DNA of 64,000 bases from Octopus bimaculoides (taxonomy: Eukaryota), in contig NC_068996.1 of NCBI RefSeq assembly GCF_001194135.2, forward strand, positions 16,464,849 to 16,528,848, in the 5' to 3' direction. The notes beneath the pieces were generated by a model that made no database searches, was not told where the DNA came from, and saw only the letters and a list, made by a program, of their open reading frames with translations. The translations under genes were made by a program, and so were the position numbers. Every line of letters begins with the position of its first letter. The stretch's first letter is position 1. Positions 48,873 through 60,292 of the stretch are shown here, piece by piece.

Positions 48873-51146
48873 AGATAACAAGCCATAAATTTGATCAGTT
48901 GATCTCGGTACTTGACAAGTACTTTATTTTATTGACACTAGACGGATGAAAAAGGGACTCATGGCGTAAATGGTCGAAGAAGATATAGGAACACATTTTC
49001 TCTGATTGATTCTGTCAAACATTTTTCAACCGCGCTTGAAGTAAAAAAGAAAAATGTACGCTAATAAGATTTTCGTAATGAAATCGGATCTTTATATATA
49101 NNNNNNNNNNNNNNNNNNNNNNNNNNNNNNNNNNNNNNNNNNNNNNNNNNNNNNNNNNNNNNNNNNNNNNNNNNNNNNNNNNNNNNNNNNNNNNNNNNNN
49201 NNNNNNNNNNNNNNNNNNNNNNNNNNNNNNNNNNNNNNNNNNNNNNNNNNNNNNNNNNNNNNNNNNNNNNNNNNNNNNNNNNNNNNNNNNNNNNNNNNNN
49301 NNNNNNNNNNNNNNNNNNNNNNNNNNNNNNNNNNNNNNNNNNNNNNNNNNNNNNNNNNNNNNNNNNNNNNNNNNNNNNNNNNNNNNNNNNNNNNNNNNNN
49401 NNNNNNNNNNNNNNNNNNNNNNNNNNNNNNNNNNNNNNNNNNNNNNNNNNNNNNNNNNNNNNNNNNNNNNNNNNNNNNNNNNNNNNNNNNNNNNNNNNNN
49501 NNNNNNNNNNNNNNNNNNNNNNNNNNNNNNNNNNNNNNNNNNNNNNNNNNNNNNNNNNNNNNNNNNNNNNNNNNNNNNNNNNNNNNNNNNNNNNNNNNNN
49601 NNNNNNNNNNNNNNNNNNNNNNNNNNNNNNNNNNNNNNNNNNNNNNNNNNNNNNNNNNNNNNNNNNNNNNNNNNNNNNNNNNNNNNNNNNNNNNNNNNNN
49701 NNNNNNNNNNNNNNNNNNNNNNNNNNNNNNNNNNNNNNNNNNNNNNNNNNNNNNNNNNNNNNNNNNNNNNNNNNNNNNNNNNNNNNNNNNNNNNNNNNNN
49801 NNNNNNNNNNNNNNNNNNNNNNNNNNNNNNNNNNNNNNNNNNNNNNNNNNNNNNNNNNNNNNNNNNNNNNNNNNNNNNNNNNNNNNNNNATATATATATA
49901 TATATATATATATAAATATATGTATATAATTAAAGAAATTGGGGCGATATTACTGGCATGAGTATGCATATACGTTAGAAAGAAAGACAAAATTTACACA
50001 CCAGCGAATTTCAATGCATCCCCCACAGCAAAATATTAGCTGGAGAACTTTGTGCTTAAGTATAAAACTTTAACAATTATTAAACTAATATTTACTTTCT
50101 TGTACTTTTCACTTATTTGGTTGTCTATGTCTATTTATTTTGAAAATTCCAGTTATCTTTTTAAATCTTAGTAATGCCCTAATTTATATTTTAAAAGGGA
50201 ACAGGGTTCGACGAGTGCTTTGTCGTAAAATAAGGCTCTACATTCAGCCCACTACTCCTTAGCAAGTGCGGATGGCTAACTGTATAGATAGTTTAACACC
50301 AGGATATCATCTAATCTGGGAGTTGCTGCATTTCTCTCCTAACTTGAAGAGTAAATGAAGGTTAAAACTTTTGAGACAGATTTTTTTTTCATAAAAATAT
50401 TTTTTCCGTTCAAAGGTATTCCTCACATTTGAAGACAGCTTGAGGCTCAAAATTAATTATATTATCTTAAATGGTGTTATTTGATTCTAGCAAAATAGTT
50501 GGCTAGTTGTTTACTGACCACAAAGGAATTATTTCCCCCACTTGTCTGAAGAAATAGGAATGTGGACTTATTGGCGGTTTAGGTACGTGTCTCTTCTTTC
50601 TCATTTCTCTCTGTCATAATATATATTTATACATATACATACACATACATAAACATACATTTTACACGCACACACACACACACACATATACGCACGTATG
50701 TATATGTATCATAGACTTCCGTTGTCGTGTAATGTCAGCGTTGTTCTATTGAGATGAATGAAAGATAAATTAAGGTGAGTGCAAGGTTTTCGGGTCACAG
50801 CTGTCTAACTTTGTTTATCTTCTCTCAGTATATTCATGTTGTCCCTCTGCTTTTGTCTCACCAACACCACCACCACCGCCGCTATTACGGTGTACGTGTC
50901 TGTCTGTGTGTCTATGTCCACCACGTACGTATGTTCTGCATCTGTAAGTATGTGTGGGATAACCCATCATGTACATATGCAGCCGTTGTGTGTGTGTGTT
51001 TTTGTCTGTGTCCACCATGAACGTGTGTTCGGTCTCTGAGTGTACATGCGTGTGCATGACTCACTGAATCTGTCATCTCTCTCTCTCACTTACTCTCCCC
51101 CTCTCTCTCACTTTCTCTCTCACTTTCTCTCTCACTTTCTCTCTCC

Positions 51147-51229
<83 letters not shown>

Positions 51230-51364
51230 CAAATGTCTGCCCACCACAGGTAGACGCATAGACGCGTGCATGCGCCCTGCATGTGCTTATGTCTGCTTTT
51301 GTGACCTTGCGTGTGTTTCACTGTTTCGTTTGATTGTGTGTGTGTGTGTGTGTATTTATTAGAA

Positions 51365-51403
<39 letters not shown>

Positions 51404-51639
51404 ATGGTGTTGTTTTGTGAAAGTCAGTGCCTAACCATGAAATGAATGAAAAATATTAACTCTAACGCACCCCATCGTACGTGCAGACGTCAAATAATGT
51501 TATAGGACGTACAGGGATTCAGCTGTTATTTTTAGCAGGTTGAGTGCTACACCACGTAGATCTCTCCGTATTGATTTCATTTCTTTTCTCAGAGATTACA
51601 TGCATACATGCCTACAGTTACACACACACCCGATAGTCT

Positions 51640-51755
51640 TCTTTCAGTTTCCATCTGCCAAATCCACTTCCAAGTTTATGTTCAGCCCGGGGATATTATA
51701 GAAGGAAATTATCACACTGTTGGGATGCAAACTTACTACACTGCCACACCTGCAG
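51640..51755 (-). mobile_element. SINE family A 5' half, diverged
   Basis: cttctttcagtttccatctgccaaatccac..ttactacactgccacacctgc. Confidence 0.6.
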
Positions 51756-51820
51756 CTATGTCCGTGTATATGTATATATTTAAACAAAACTGTCCGACGA
51801 GCGGGAACGTGAAACGAGTA

Positions 51821-51854
<34 letters not shown>

Positions 51855-51989
51855 ACGTGCGTGTGTGTCTGTATGTATGTATATGTATGTATGTATGTAT
51901 GTCTCCAACGCAGAAAGGCTGTGAAAACAGCTAGGAACTTCGAATAAAATCCCTTAGAAGCCTCTGCAGATAATCGAACCGTGTACTTC

Positions 51990-52866
51990 TCAAATTTCGG
52001 CTGACAGGTTGGCTGAGGATAATAGCATGTAGTTTGATGCTGGAAAGTTCCAAGTTCTGCGCTAACAGCTCAAGATGCTGAATGAAACGCAGACAGGATA
52101 TAGTAGCCCACGAAGGATTGCAATTCCTGAATCAATATCACTGCATGACCTAAGCACTGACATAAGCAATGGGACTTCTTTCAAGATGCATATTACTAAG
52201 TTGGCAATAAAATGCAGGCGGTTGATCAGATGGATCTTTAGAACTTTCAGAAGGAGAGAACAGGAAGCCATGATGATCCTCTGAAGAACATTTGTCCTAA
52301 GCCGCCCAGACTACTGCTCCCAACTATTGTCAGTACACAGTGTAACATTAACGGTAGAACTTGAAGCAATCCAGCGAAGCTATGTAAAGGAGATCGTCTC
52401 AATGCCACTGGTCAGCTACTGACAAAGGCAGAAAATCATAAAACTTTATTCCCCAGAACGATGGCGGGAAACATAATCAGCGATATTACATTTGGAAAGC
52501 CGTGGAAGGACTTTATCAAATTTTGGCATTTGAAATTACGCAAGCACCAGAACAGGGCGTTACTATATAGTACCAAGGATCGAAATATCGCATCAAGGTA
52601 CAGGACCAGATACAGAAACAGCCTGGGTTTCAAGAGCCTACAGTTCTTCAATATCCTCCCAAAAGGTCCTCAAAATAAAAACGGATCTTCTTCTGTCATG
52701 AATTCTGGATGAACCTACTTTGCACGAGAAAACACAAATGAGTGCAACAACGTCAAACTGTCTCATTCATCAAATGCTACATATCAGAGGTTTCACGTGA
52801 TAAAAGTGTAATAAAACTAACGTCGATGCTTCAGCATAGTCGCAGCTCTCGTAAAGGAATAAAAGA

Positions 52867-52867
<1 letters not shown>
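51990..52867 (+). mobile_element. CR1-type LINE 3' fragment (RT C-terminal region plus tail), inactivated
   Basis: AEDNSM*FDAGKFQVLR; KCRRLIRWIFRTFRRREQEAMMIL*RTFVLSRPDYCSQL; ELEAIQRSYVKEI; KLYSPERWRE..IYIWK; LGFKSLQFFNILPK; DEP. The tail tcagcatagtcgcagctc..aataaaagaa is homologous to 2029-2324. Confidence 0.9.
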
Positions 52868-52921
<54 letters not shown>

Positions 52922-52931
52922 CACACACACA

Positions 52932-52968
<37 letters not shown>

Positions 52969-53329
52969 TATGAGAACTCAAAAGTTATCCGCTCTTTCGC
53001 CAAACCTTTTTTTAGGTTGGTCACACTGCATTCAGTGCTTGCGCGCTAAAAGTTGGAAGTCTTGTGGTTATGTAACCGAAGTTTGTCTTTGATCGCTTCA
53101 GTTTTCTTTCTTGTGTAACAGGGTAAACATGGTCGCTCAGAAGTGCGCATCAAGGAAGAACAGAGATCAATGATTTGATTTCTTGGGTTTGAACCCGAGA
53201 AATTCATTGCATGTCAAGGGATGAAATACATCGCAGGCTTTCTGTACAACATGAGAACAGTAATGTAAAATGTAGATGTGTGTATGAGTGAATCGGGAAG
53301 TTTTAAAATTATTGGATAAGCATGAAACA

Positions 53330-53650
53330 CGAAGACACAGGACACTCATCAACCTGCACCACTGACGTGAGGATTCAACGAGTCCGAGAGTTAATTTTGG
53401 CGAATCGATGAGTAACTATTGATGAAGTGGCACGTTCTCTGCACATTAGTCATGGTTCTGCAAATGAAATCATTTACGGCAAGTTTCGCTTCCTTAAAGT
53501 CTGTGCGATGGGTAGCAAGAGAGCTTACCGAAACACATGCAAAATCGTGTAGAGATCTGTCGACGCTTACTCGACCGCTACAACGACAACAGTGAGGCTT
53601 TTTGAAAAGTATAGATGAGACCGGAGTCCATCACTTTGAGTCAGAATCCA
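53330..53650 (+). mobile_element. mariner transposase fragment
   Basis: RVRELILANR*VTIDEVARSLHISHGSANEII..FLKVCA(RW)V.RELT..RVEICRRLLDRY..DET.VHHFE.ES. Confidence 0.85.
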
Positions 53651-53699
53651 TATATATATATATACACATATATGTATGCGTGTGTGTGAGTGTGTGTGT

Positions 53700-53925
53700 G
53701 TGCCTTTCTGTCTGTGTTTGTCCCCTCCCACCATGGCTTGAGAACTGGTGTTGGTGTATTTATGTCCTCGTAACTTAACCTGTTCGGCAAAAGGGACCGA
53801 TAGAATAAGTACCCAGCTTTAAAAAAAATTACTGGAGTTGATTATTTCGACTATAAATTCTTCAGATGTTGTGCCCCTGCATGGCCGCAGTCCAATGACT
53901 GAAACAAGTAAAAGAGTAAAAAACT
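53700..53925 (+). mobile_element. SINE family A 3' half
   Basis: gtttgtcccctcccacc..tagaataagtacc..gcatggccgcagtccaatgactgaaacaagtaaaaga. Confidence 0.85.
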
Positions 53926-54274
53926 AAAAGAATAGCGTAAACTCTGCTGTGTATATGGGACTTCGCTGCTACATTAACTCCTGTGAGTGTTAATCTGACT
54001 TCTAGCACTCGGCTTTAAGTACTTGCTTGAGCAAAACCAAACAATAATAAGTGCCACCCACTCTTGCCATTTTCACAACTTTCTCCCGCTTCTCAGTAAA
54101 TTCACTCGAGGACGACGGCACCTTTCCTTTGAAATTTGAAAAAGTCGATTAGAGATCTACCAAAGGGAAAGTCTCTGTCCTTCATACTTTCCTATCTTGT
54201 CCACCAGACAACCTATTTTCATACAGCTACCAAAGAACAACTGCCTTACCCGCCCTGATAGCTGGACCCATCTT

Positions 54275-54849
54275 GGATCTTTTTTAAAACGGGGGCCACA
54301 TTTTTCATTAACGAAACACTTTGAAACTTGGAACACTAGTAGAATGTGTCAAATAAAACATCTTTTTCTCTTAGTCTTCTTAAAAAAAAAAGAAATCCAT
54401 AAGTTATTCCATGTTAAAGTTGTCGTATTTCTGTAATTTCAACCAATCACTGACGTCCATTCAGCCGATATACATTAAGTGCCGACTACATAAACAAACG
54501 ATTCTGAAACAATTAACCCTAACCCTAACCCCTAACCCTAGGGTTAGGGTTACAGTTAAAGCAAATTTAAAATGAAAAAAGCAAATAAAACGAAGGTATG
54601 GAGATTAAATACGCTTTACACCGCTTAATCAGCCAAAGGAGTAAATGTAAACAACTGAATACTTGTCAGTGATTGGTTGAAATTATCGAAATAAGATAAT
54701 TCTTTACATGAAATATATTCGAATACAAAAATATTTTTCTGTTCTATAACACAAAATAGATAAGTATACGAAGTTTGAAAGTCTTTCCGTACCAAAAACA
54801 CTACGTAAAACATTAATGAAAAATGTGGCCCCCGTTTTAAAATAGATCC
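54275..54849. mobile_element. 575-bp Merlin-like MITE with 8-bp TSD and internal telomeric repeats
   Basis: About 38-bp TIRs GGATCT(T/A)TTTTAAAACGGGGGCCACATTTTTCATTAA; CCCATCTT duplicated at 54267-54274 and 54850-54857; inner inverted ATTTCAACCAATCACTGAC pair. GG termini with an 8-bp TSD fit Merlin/IS1016. Confidence 0.8.
54514..54552. repeat. Short inverted telomeric repeat array (TAACCC)n/(GGGTTA)n
   Basis: taaccctaaccctaacccctaacccta|gggttagggtta. Confidence 0.9.
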
Positions 54850-55124
54850 CCCATCTTCGCCACACGCGAAATTTTTTTTTTCCCACGAGAGTTCCGGACC
54901 CCATTAATGAACTCATTTGCATACAGCCAATCAGAACTTGAAAATCCATATACTGTGTACTTACTATAGTACAGCCAGTCAGGCATAGAATGGTGTATGC
55001 CACTCTGGGAGTACAGCATAGCAGGTCTCACATAAGCACCACATTCCACCCCCACCATCTTCATAGATCAGTTGAGCACCATCTCTATATGGAGCTAACA
55101 TTAGGTACCTATAATAATCCTTTC

Positions 55125-55310
55125 TAATGTAGGCACCAGGTCAGCAATTATTGGAGGAAGCGATAGTCGACTACATCGGCCTAGTACTTCACTGGTACTT
55201 TAATATATCATGCATGAAGGGAAGGAAAAATTAATTTAACCTCAGCCAAATTCGAACTCAGAACGTGAAGAGCCGGAAGAAATACTGCAAATATTTCTTT
55301 CCGCTGCTAA
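55125..55310 (-). mobile_element. SINE family B
   Basis: taggcaccagg..tagtcgactacatcgg..ctggtactttaat..aattcgaactcagaacgt. Confidence 0.7.
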
Positions 55311-55329
55311 TCCATCAACCCCATTAATG

Positions 55330-55635
55330 ATAGTGTTGCTGCTGCTACTGCTGCTGCAACTGCTGCTGCTGCTGCTACTGCTGCTGCTGCTGCTGCTGCT
55401 GCTAATGATAATGATGATGAAGATGAGGAGGAGGAGGAGGAGGGGGAAGTTGCGGTGGTGATGTTGATGGTGATGATGATGACGATGATAATGATGATAA
55501 TGATGATGACGATGATATTAATGACGATGGTGGTGGTAGTGGTGGTGGTGGTGGTGGTGGTAGCGGCTGCGACGACGACAACGATGCCGATGATGACGAT
55601 AAAGACAATGAGGACAAAGACGACGACGACGACGA
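55330..55635. repeat. Compound trinucleotide tract (GCT/GAT/GAG/GGT/GAC)n
   Basis: Directly visible. Confidence 0.9.
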
Positions 55636-56739
55636 TGGTGATCTGTGACATGGAATTAAATTAGTCACCATCTTTATTCCAGCAATTTCGTAACCTTGTT
55701 ATAAACGGCAACCCACAGCCAGATAACGAGTGCACAAACAGCTTATATCACGCTCCACTGGTTTTTCGTATCTAACGAAATCACCTTATAATTCGTCGAG
55801 GCTATTGTGCTGGTGACGAGGGAGGGAACACTACGTGTCCACTAGACTTGCTAGAAACGGCAGCTAGATCTCTCACCCACGCCTTTGTCTTTCTCTCCCA
55901 CTCTCTCCCTTTCAGTCTCTCTCCCTTTCTGTCTCTCTCCCACTCTCTCCCTTTCTGTCTCTCCCTCACTCTCTTTTTCTCTCTCCCTCCCTCTCTCTTT
56001 CAAATTGCATCTAACAGTTTTTAATGGAGAAAGGAAAAAGAAATATTTTGTATAATCTAATGATTATGGATACACACCGTCTAAAAACACCGAATAGTCA
56101 TGAAAGGAACGCCTTTGCTCTTAGCTCCGTTTGGATCTCAACTGACTCGGGGCGAAACAACGAGAACAACTATAGCTGCGACTGTTCTTTACATTAGATA
56201 ATCTTGTTTCAGATACACTATATCTGAAAGTCGCGATGGTTACCGATATGATTAACCATTAGTCTGCTGAATCAGGGATGAATTTTGACTAAACAACAGC
56301 AAAAAAAAAACAAAAAAAAAAACGTATTAGATAACTAACGAAATCCCACACACTCCGTCTGAATAAAAGACGCGATGGTCACAGATGGAGAACCACCAAT
56401 CATAAATCTGCTGCATCATGATTGATGTGGGAAGGATTAAACTGCAACATCAACGATGACAATAGATAATGTAAACCTAAATACATTATGCCTTAAAAAA
56501 AAGACTGGATGGTCACGGCCGGAACTCTTTTGATCATTTCATATTTATACGTCTGTTTGATCAAGAGATAAGATCCGATCTACACACAAGCTCAAACCAC
56601 TGCCGGATAATGACTGCACAAAACTGCTTATGTCATGCTCTACCGGTTTCCCTTCTCTAACGAAATAACCTTATAATTTGTTCGTTATTTTCTATGGTTG
56701 ACTGATTTCATCCACACTTAACTTTAATTATATACTCAC

Positions 56740-56789
56740 TAACGTGGATCGGTTCCACCCTAGTCACCCTTGAGCACGTATCCAGCCAT
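56740..56789 (-). other. Candidate 50-nt exon (unassigned)
   Basis: Minus-strand acceptor cactgtatctctctcccag and donor TTA|gtgagt. Confidence 0.25.
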
Positions 56790-56938
56790 CTGGGAGAGAG
56801 ATACAGTGTGCTGTAACAACGCTATTTTCCTCTCATGGGTGCTATAAACATTTCCCCTCGTTCTTTGTTCAAAAATACACACACACGTACGCGACACGCG
56901 CACACGCATACACACACACACACACATTAACGCACACA

Positions 56939-56980
<42 letters not shown>

Positions 56981-57668
56981 NNNNNNNNNNNNNNNNNNNN
57001 NNNNNNNNNNNNNNNNNNNNNNNNNNNNNNNNNNNNNNNNNNNNNNNNNNNNNNNNNNNNNNNNNNNNNNNNNNNNNNNNNNNNNNNNNNNNNNNNNNNN
57101 NNNNNNNNNNNNNNNNNNNNNNNNNNNNNNNNNNNNNNNNNNNNNNNNNNNNNNNNNNNNNNNNNNNNNNNNNNNNNNNNNNNNNNNNNNNNNNNNNNNN
57201 NNNNNNNNNNNNNNNNNNNNNNNNNNNNNNNNNNNNNNNNNNNNNNNNNNNNNNNNNNNNNNNNNNNNNNNNNNNNNNNNNNNNNNNNNNNNNNNNNNNN
57301 NNNNNNNNNNNNNNNNNNNNNNNNNNNNNNNNNNNNNNNNNNNNNNNNNNNNNNNNNNNNNNNNNNNNNNNNNNNNNNNNNNNNNNNNNNNNNNNNNNNN
57401 NNNNNNNNNNNNNNNNNNNNNNNNNNNNNNNNNNNNNNNNNNNNNNNNNNNNNNNNNNNNNNNNNNNNNNNNNNNNNNNNNNNNNNNNNNNNNNNNNNNN
57501 NNNNNNNNNNNNNNNNNNNNNNNNNNNNNNNNNNNNNNNNNNNNNNNNNNNNNNNNNNNNNNNNNNNNNNNNNNNNNNNNNNNNNNNNNNNNNNNNNNNN
57601 NNNNNNNNNNNNNNNNNNNNNNNNNNNNNNNNNNNNNNNNNNNNNNNNNNNNNNNNNNNNNNNNNNNN

Positions 57669-57701
<33 letters not shown>

Positions 57702-58028
57702 CGCGCGCACACACAAACACACAAATCATTAATATATATATGTATGTGTGTGCAGGGAGAGGGGGGGGCAGAGACAAACAGAAATGTGTATGTGTGTGCA
57801 GATGCATGTATATGTATGCGTGTGTCCATATATATATTTATGTATGCGTGTGTGCATGTATGTATGTATGTATGTATGTATGTATGTACGTATGTACGTA
57901 TGTATGTATGTATGTATGTATGTATGTGCGTATAGATACACACAATTAGGCATACATAGGCGTCTGTCTATCTATCTGCCTGCCTGCCTGTGTATAACAG
58001 ATAGATGGAGAGAGAGAGAAAGAGAGAG

Positions 58029-58059
<31 letters not shown>

Positions 58060-58153
58060 GAGAGAAAGAGAAAGAGAGAAAGAGAGAGAGAGAGAGAGAA
58101 AGAGAGAGTGAGAGAAAGAGAGAGAGAGAGAAAGAGAGAGAGANNNNNNNNNN

Positions 58154-58216
<63 letters not shown>

Positions 58217-58240
58217 AAGAGAGAGAGAGGGGGGAGAGAG
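57669..58240. repeat. (TA)n, (TATG)n and (GA)n compound microsatellites
   Basis: Directly visible. Confidence 0.9.
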
Positions 58241-58638
58241 TAGGAAATACAATAATCTACTTGAACTCTGACCCCGCTGACACAGGCCGGTCAATCTCAG
58301 AATGAGTGACAAAATATGTTTTTATAGATTTGCAAGGCAAAAGTCAAACCTATTGACACCCTGGACTTCCAGGACTCTTAATATACGGGGAACCTATTAT
58401 ATTTGACTAAAACTGCATTTTGCTATTAATATATAATGTTCGCCTATTATTTTAAATATCTCATAGTTGCAGTTAAAAGCCGAGCTGAATTCACATGATT
58501 CCTAGTTCCGTCCCAACACGCAGCCAATGGTTCAAATATCTTGAGGCATAAAATCTGTCTCGTCAAAAGATATGTAAATGATAGCAACTAGACGTGCAGT
58601 TGACCTTTATACTTGTGCGTGTGTGTGTATGTGTATGT

Positions 58639-58699
<61 letters not shown>

Positions 58700-58714
58700 A
58701 GAACGTTGTTTGCG

Positions 58715-58915
58715 TTTGTCCCACCACGATCACCGCTTGACTACCGGTGTTGGTAAGTTTGCGTTCTGTAACCTAGCGGTTCGGCAAAAGAAACCAATAG
58801 AATAAGTATCAGGCTTAAAAAAAAAGTACTGGTGTCGATCATTCGACTAAAATTCCTCATGAATGTTGCCCCAGCATGGTCACATCTAAATGACTGTGAC
58901 ACAAGTAAAAGATAA
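58715..58915 (+). mobile_element. SINE family A 3' half
   Basis: cgcttgactaccggtgttgg..tagcggttcggcaaaag..ccccagcatggtcac..acaagtaaaaga. Confidence 0.8.
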
Positions 58916-58980
58916 AAAAATAATAATAAAGTAATTAAATTACATAATTTGTGACTTTTCTATAAATAATACATAAAAAA

Positions 58981-59143
58981 GGCGCAGGAGTGGCTGTGTG
59001 GTAAGAAGCTTGCCTCCCAACCCCACATGATTTCTGGTTCATTCCCATTGCTCAGCACCTTAGGCTAGTGTCTTTTATTATTGCCTCGGGCCAATCAAAG
59101 CCCTGTGAGTACATTTGGTTGACAGAAACTGAAAGAAGCCCAT
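58981..59143 (+). mobile_element. SINE family A 5' half
   Basis: ggcgcaggagtggctgtgtggtaagaagcttgc..aaactgaaagaagccc. Confidence 0.85.
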
Positions 59144-60292
59144 CGCATTTCGTTTGTTTCAATGGTGTTAGACCACTCAAACGAATTTACAGACATTGTA
59201 AAAGCAAATTGTAATAGTCATCACTGGCAGATTTTACCGAGGAGAATCAAGCAGCTTTGGCGCTAAATTCGAACTCATGATAACAAATTAATCAGCTTTC
59301 CTCTTATATTCATGGCCGAGGTAGGACACTATTCTTGTTCACTAAAATTCTTTCCTATCATGCCTGTATTAATTTAGTGATTCTTCTGTGGTTTTGAAGT
59401 ATTTTGACTTCTATTTTTTAGCGAAACAGGTGCTTATGTAGTACCCTGGTATATATATATATATATATATATATAGCTTTATATTTTTTATTAATTTGCC
59501 TGTACGGNNNNNNNNNNNNNNNNNNNNNNNNNNNNNNNNNNNNNNNNNNNNNNNNNNNNNNNNNNNNNNNNNNNNNNNNNNNNNNNNNNNNNNNNNNNNN
59601 NNNNNNNNNNNNNNNNNNNNNNNNNNNNNNNNNNNNNNNNNNNNNNNNNNNNNNNNNNNNNNNNNNNNNNNNNNNNNNNNNNNNNNNNNNNNNNNNNNNN
59701 NNNNNNNNNNNNNNNNNNNNNNNNNNNNNNNNNNNNNNNNNNNNNNNNNNNNNNNNNNNNNNNNNNNNNNNNNNNNNNNNNNNNNNNNNNNNNNNNNNNN
59801 NNNNNNNNNNNNNNNNNNNNNNNNNNNNNNNNNNNNNNNNNNNNNNNNNNNNNNNNNNNNNNNNNNNNNNNNNNNNNNNNNNNNNNNNNNNNNNNNNNNN
59901 NNNNNNNNNNNNNNNNNNNNNNNNNNNNNNNNNNNNNNNNNNNNNNNNNNNNNNNNNNNNNNNNNNNNNNNNNNNNNNNNNNNNNNNNNNNNNNNNNNNN
60001 NNNNNNNNNNNNNNNNNNNNNNNNNNNNNNNNNNNNNNNNNNNNNNNNNNNNNNNNNNNNNNNNNNNNNNNNNNNNNNNNNNNNNNNNNNNNNNNNNNNN
60101 NNNNNNACAAAAACTATAAAATGAATGAAAATGAGATGTTATATAAAAATGGAAAATTGAATGGCTATTTACAATCGTTCTATTATCTTTTTGTTTTTCC
60201 TTAATCTCGTTTTTTCCTCTTTTTTGAAAATGAAACAATTTTACTTTTTCCTTCTTTCTTCAATAAAACAATTTTACTTACTTTTTTCCTTT

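Noticed and set aside
51608-51934. 108-aa ORF with an acceptor-like tctttcag
   Set aside because: The sequence is an antisense SINE A 5' half plus microsatellite.
54514-54552. Head-to-head telomeric repeats as an ancestral chromosome-fusion site
   Set aside because: Only about six units, and embedded within a TIR/TSD-bounded MITE.
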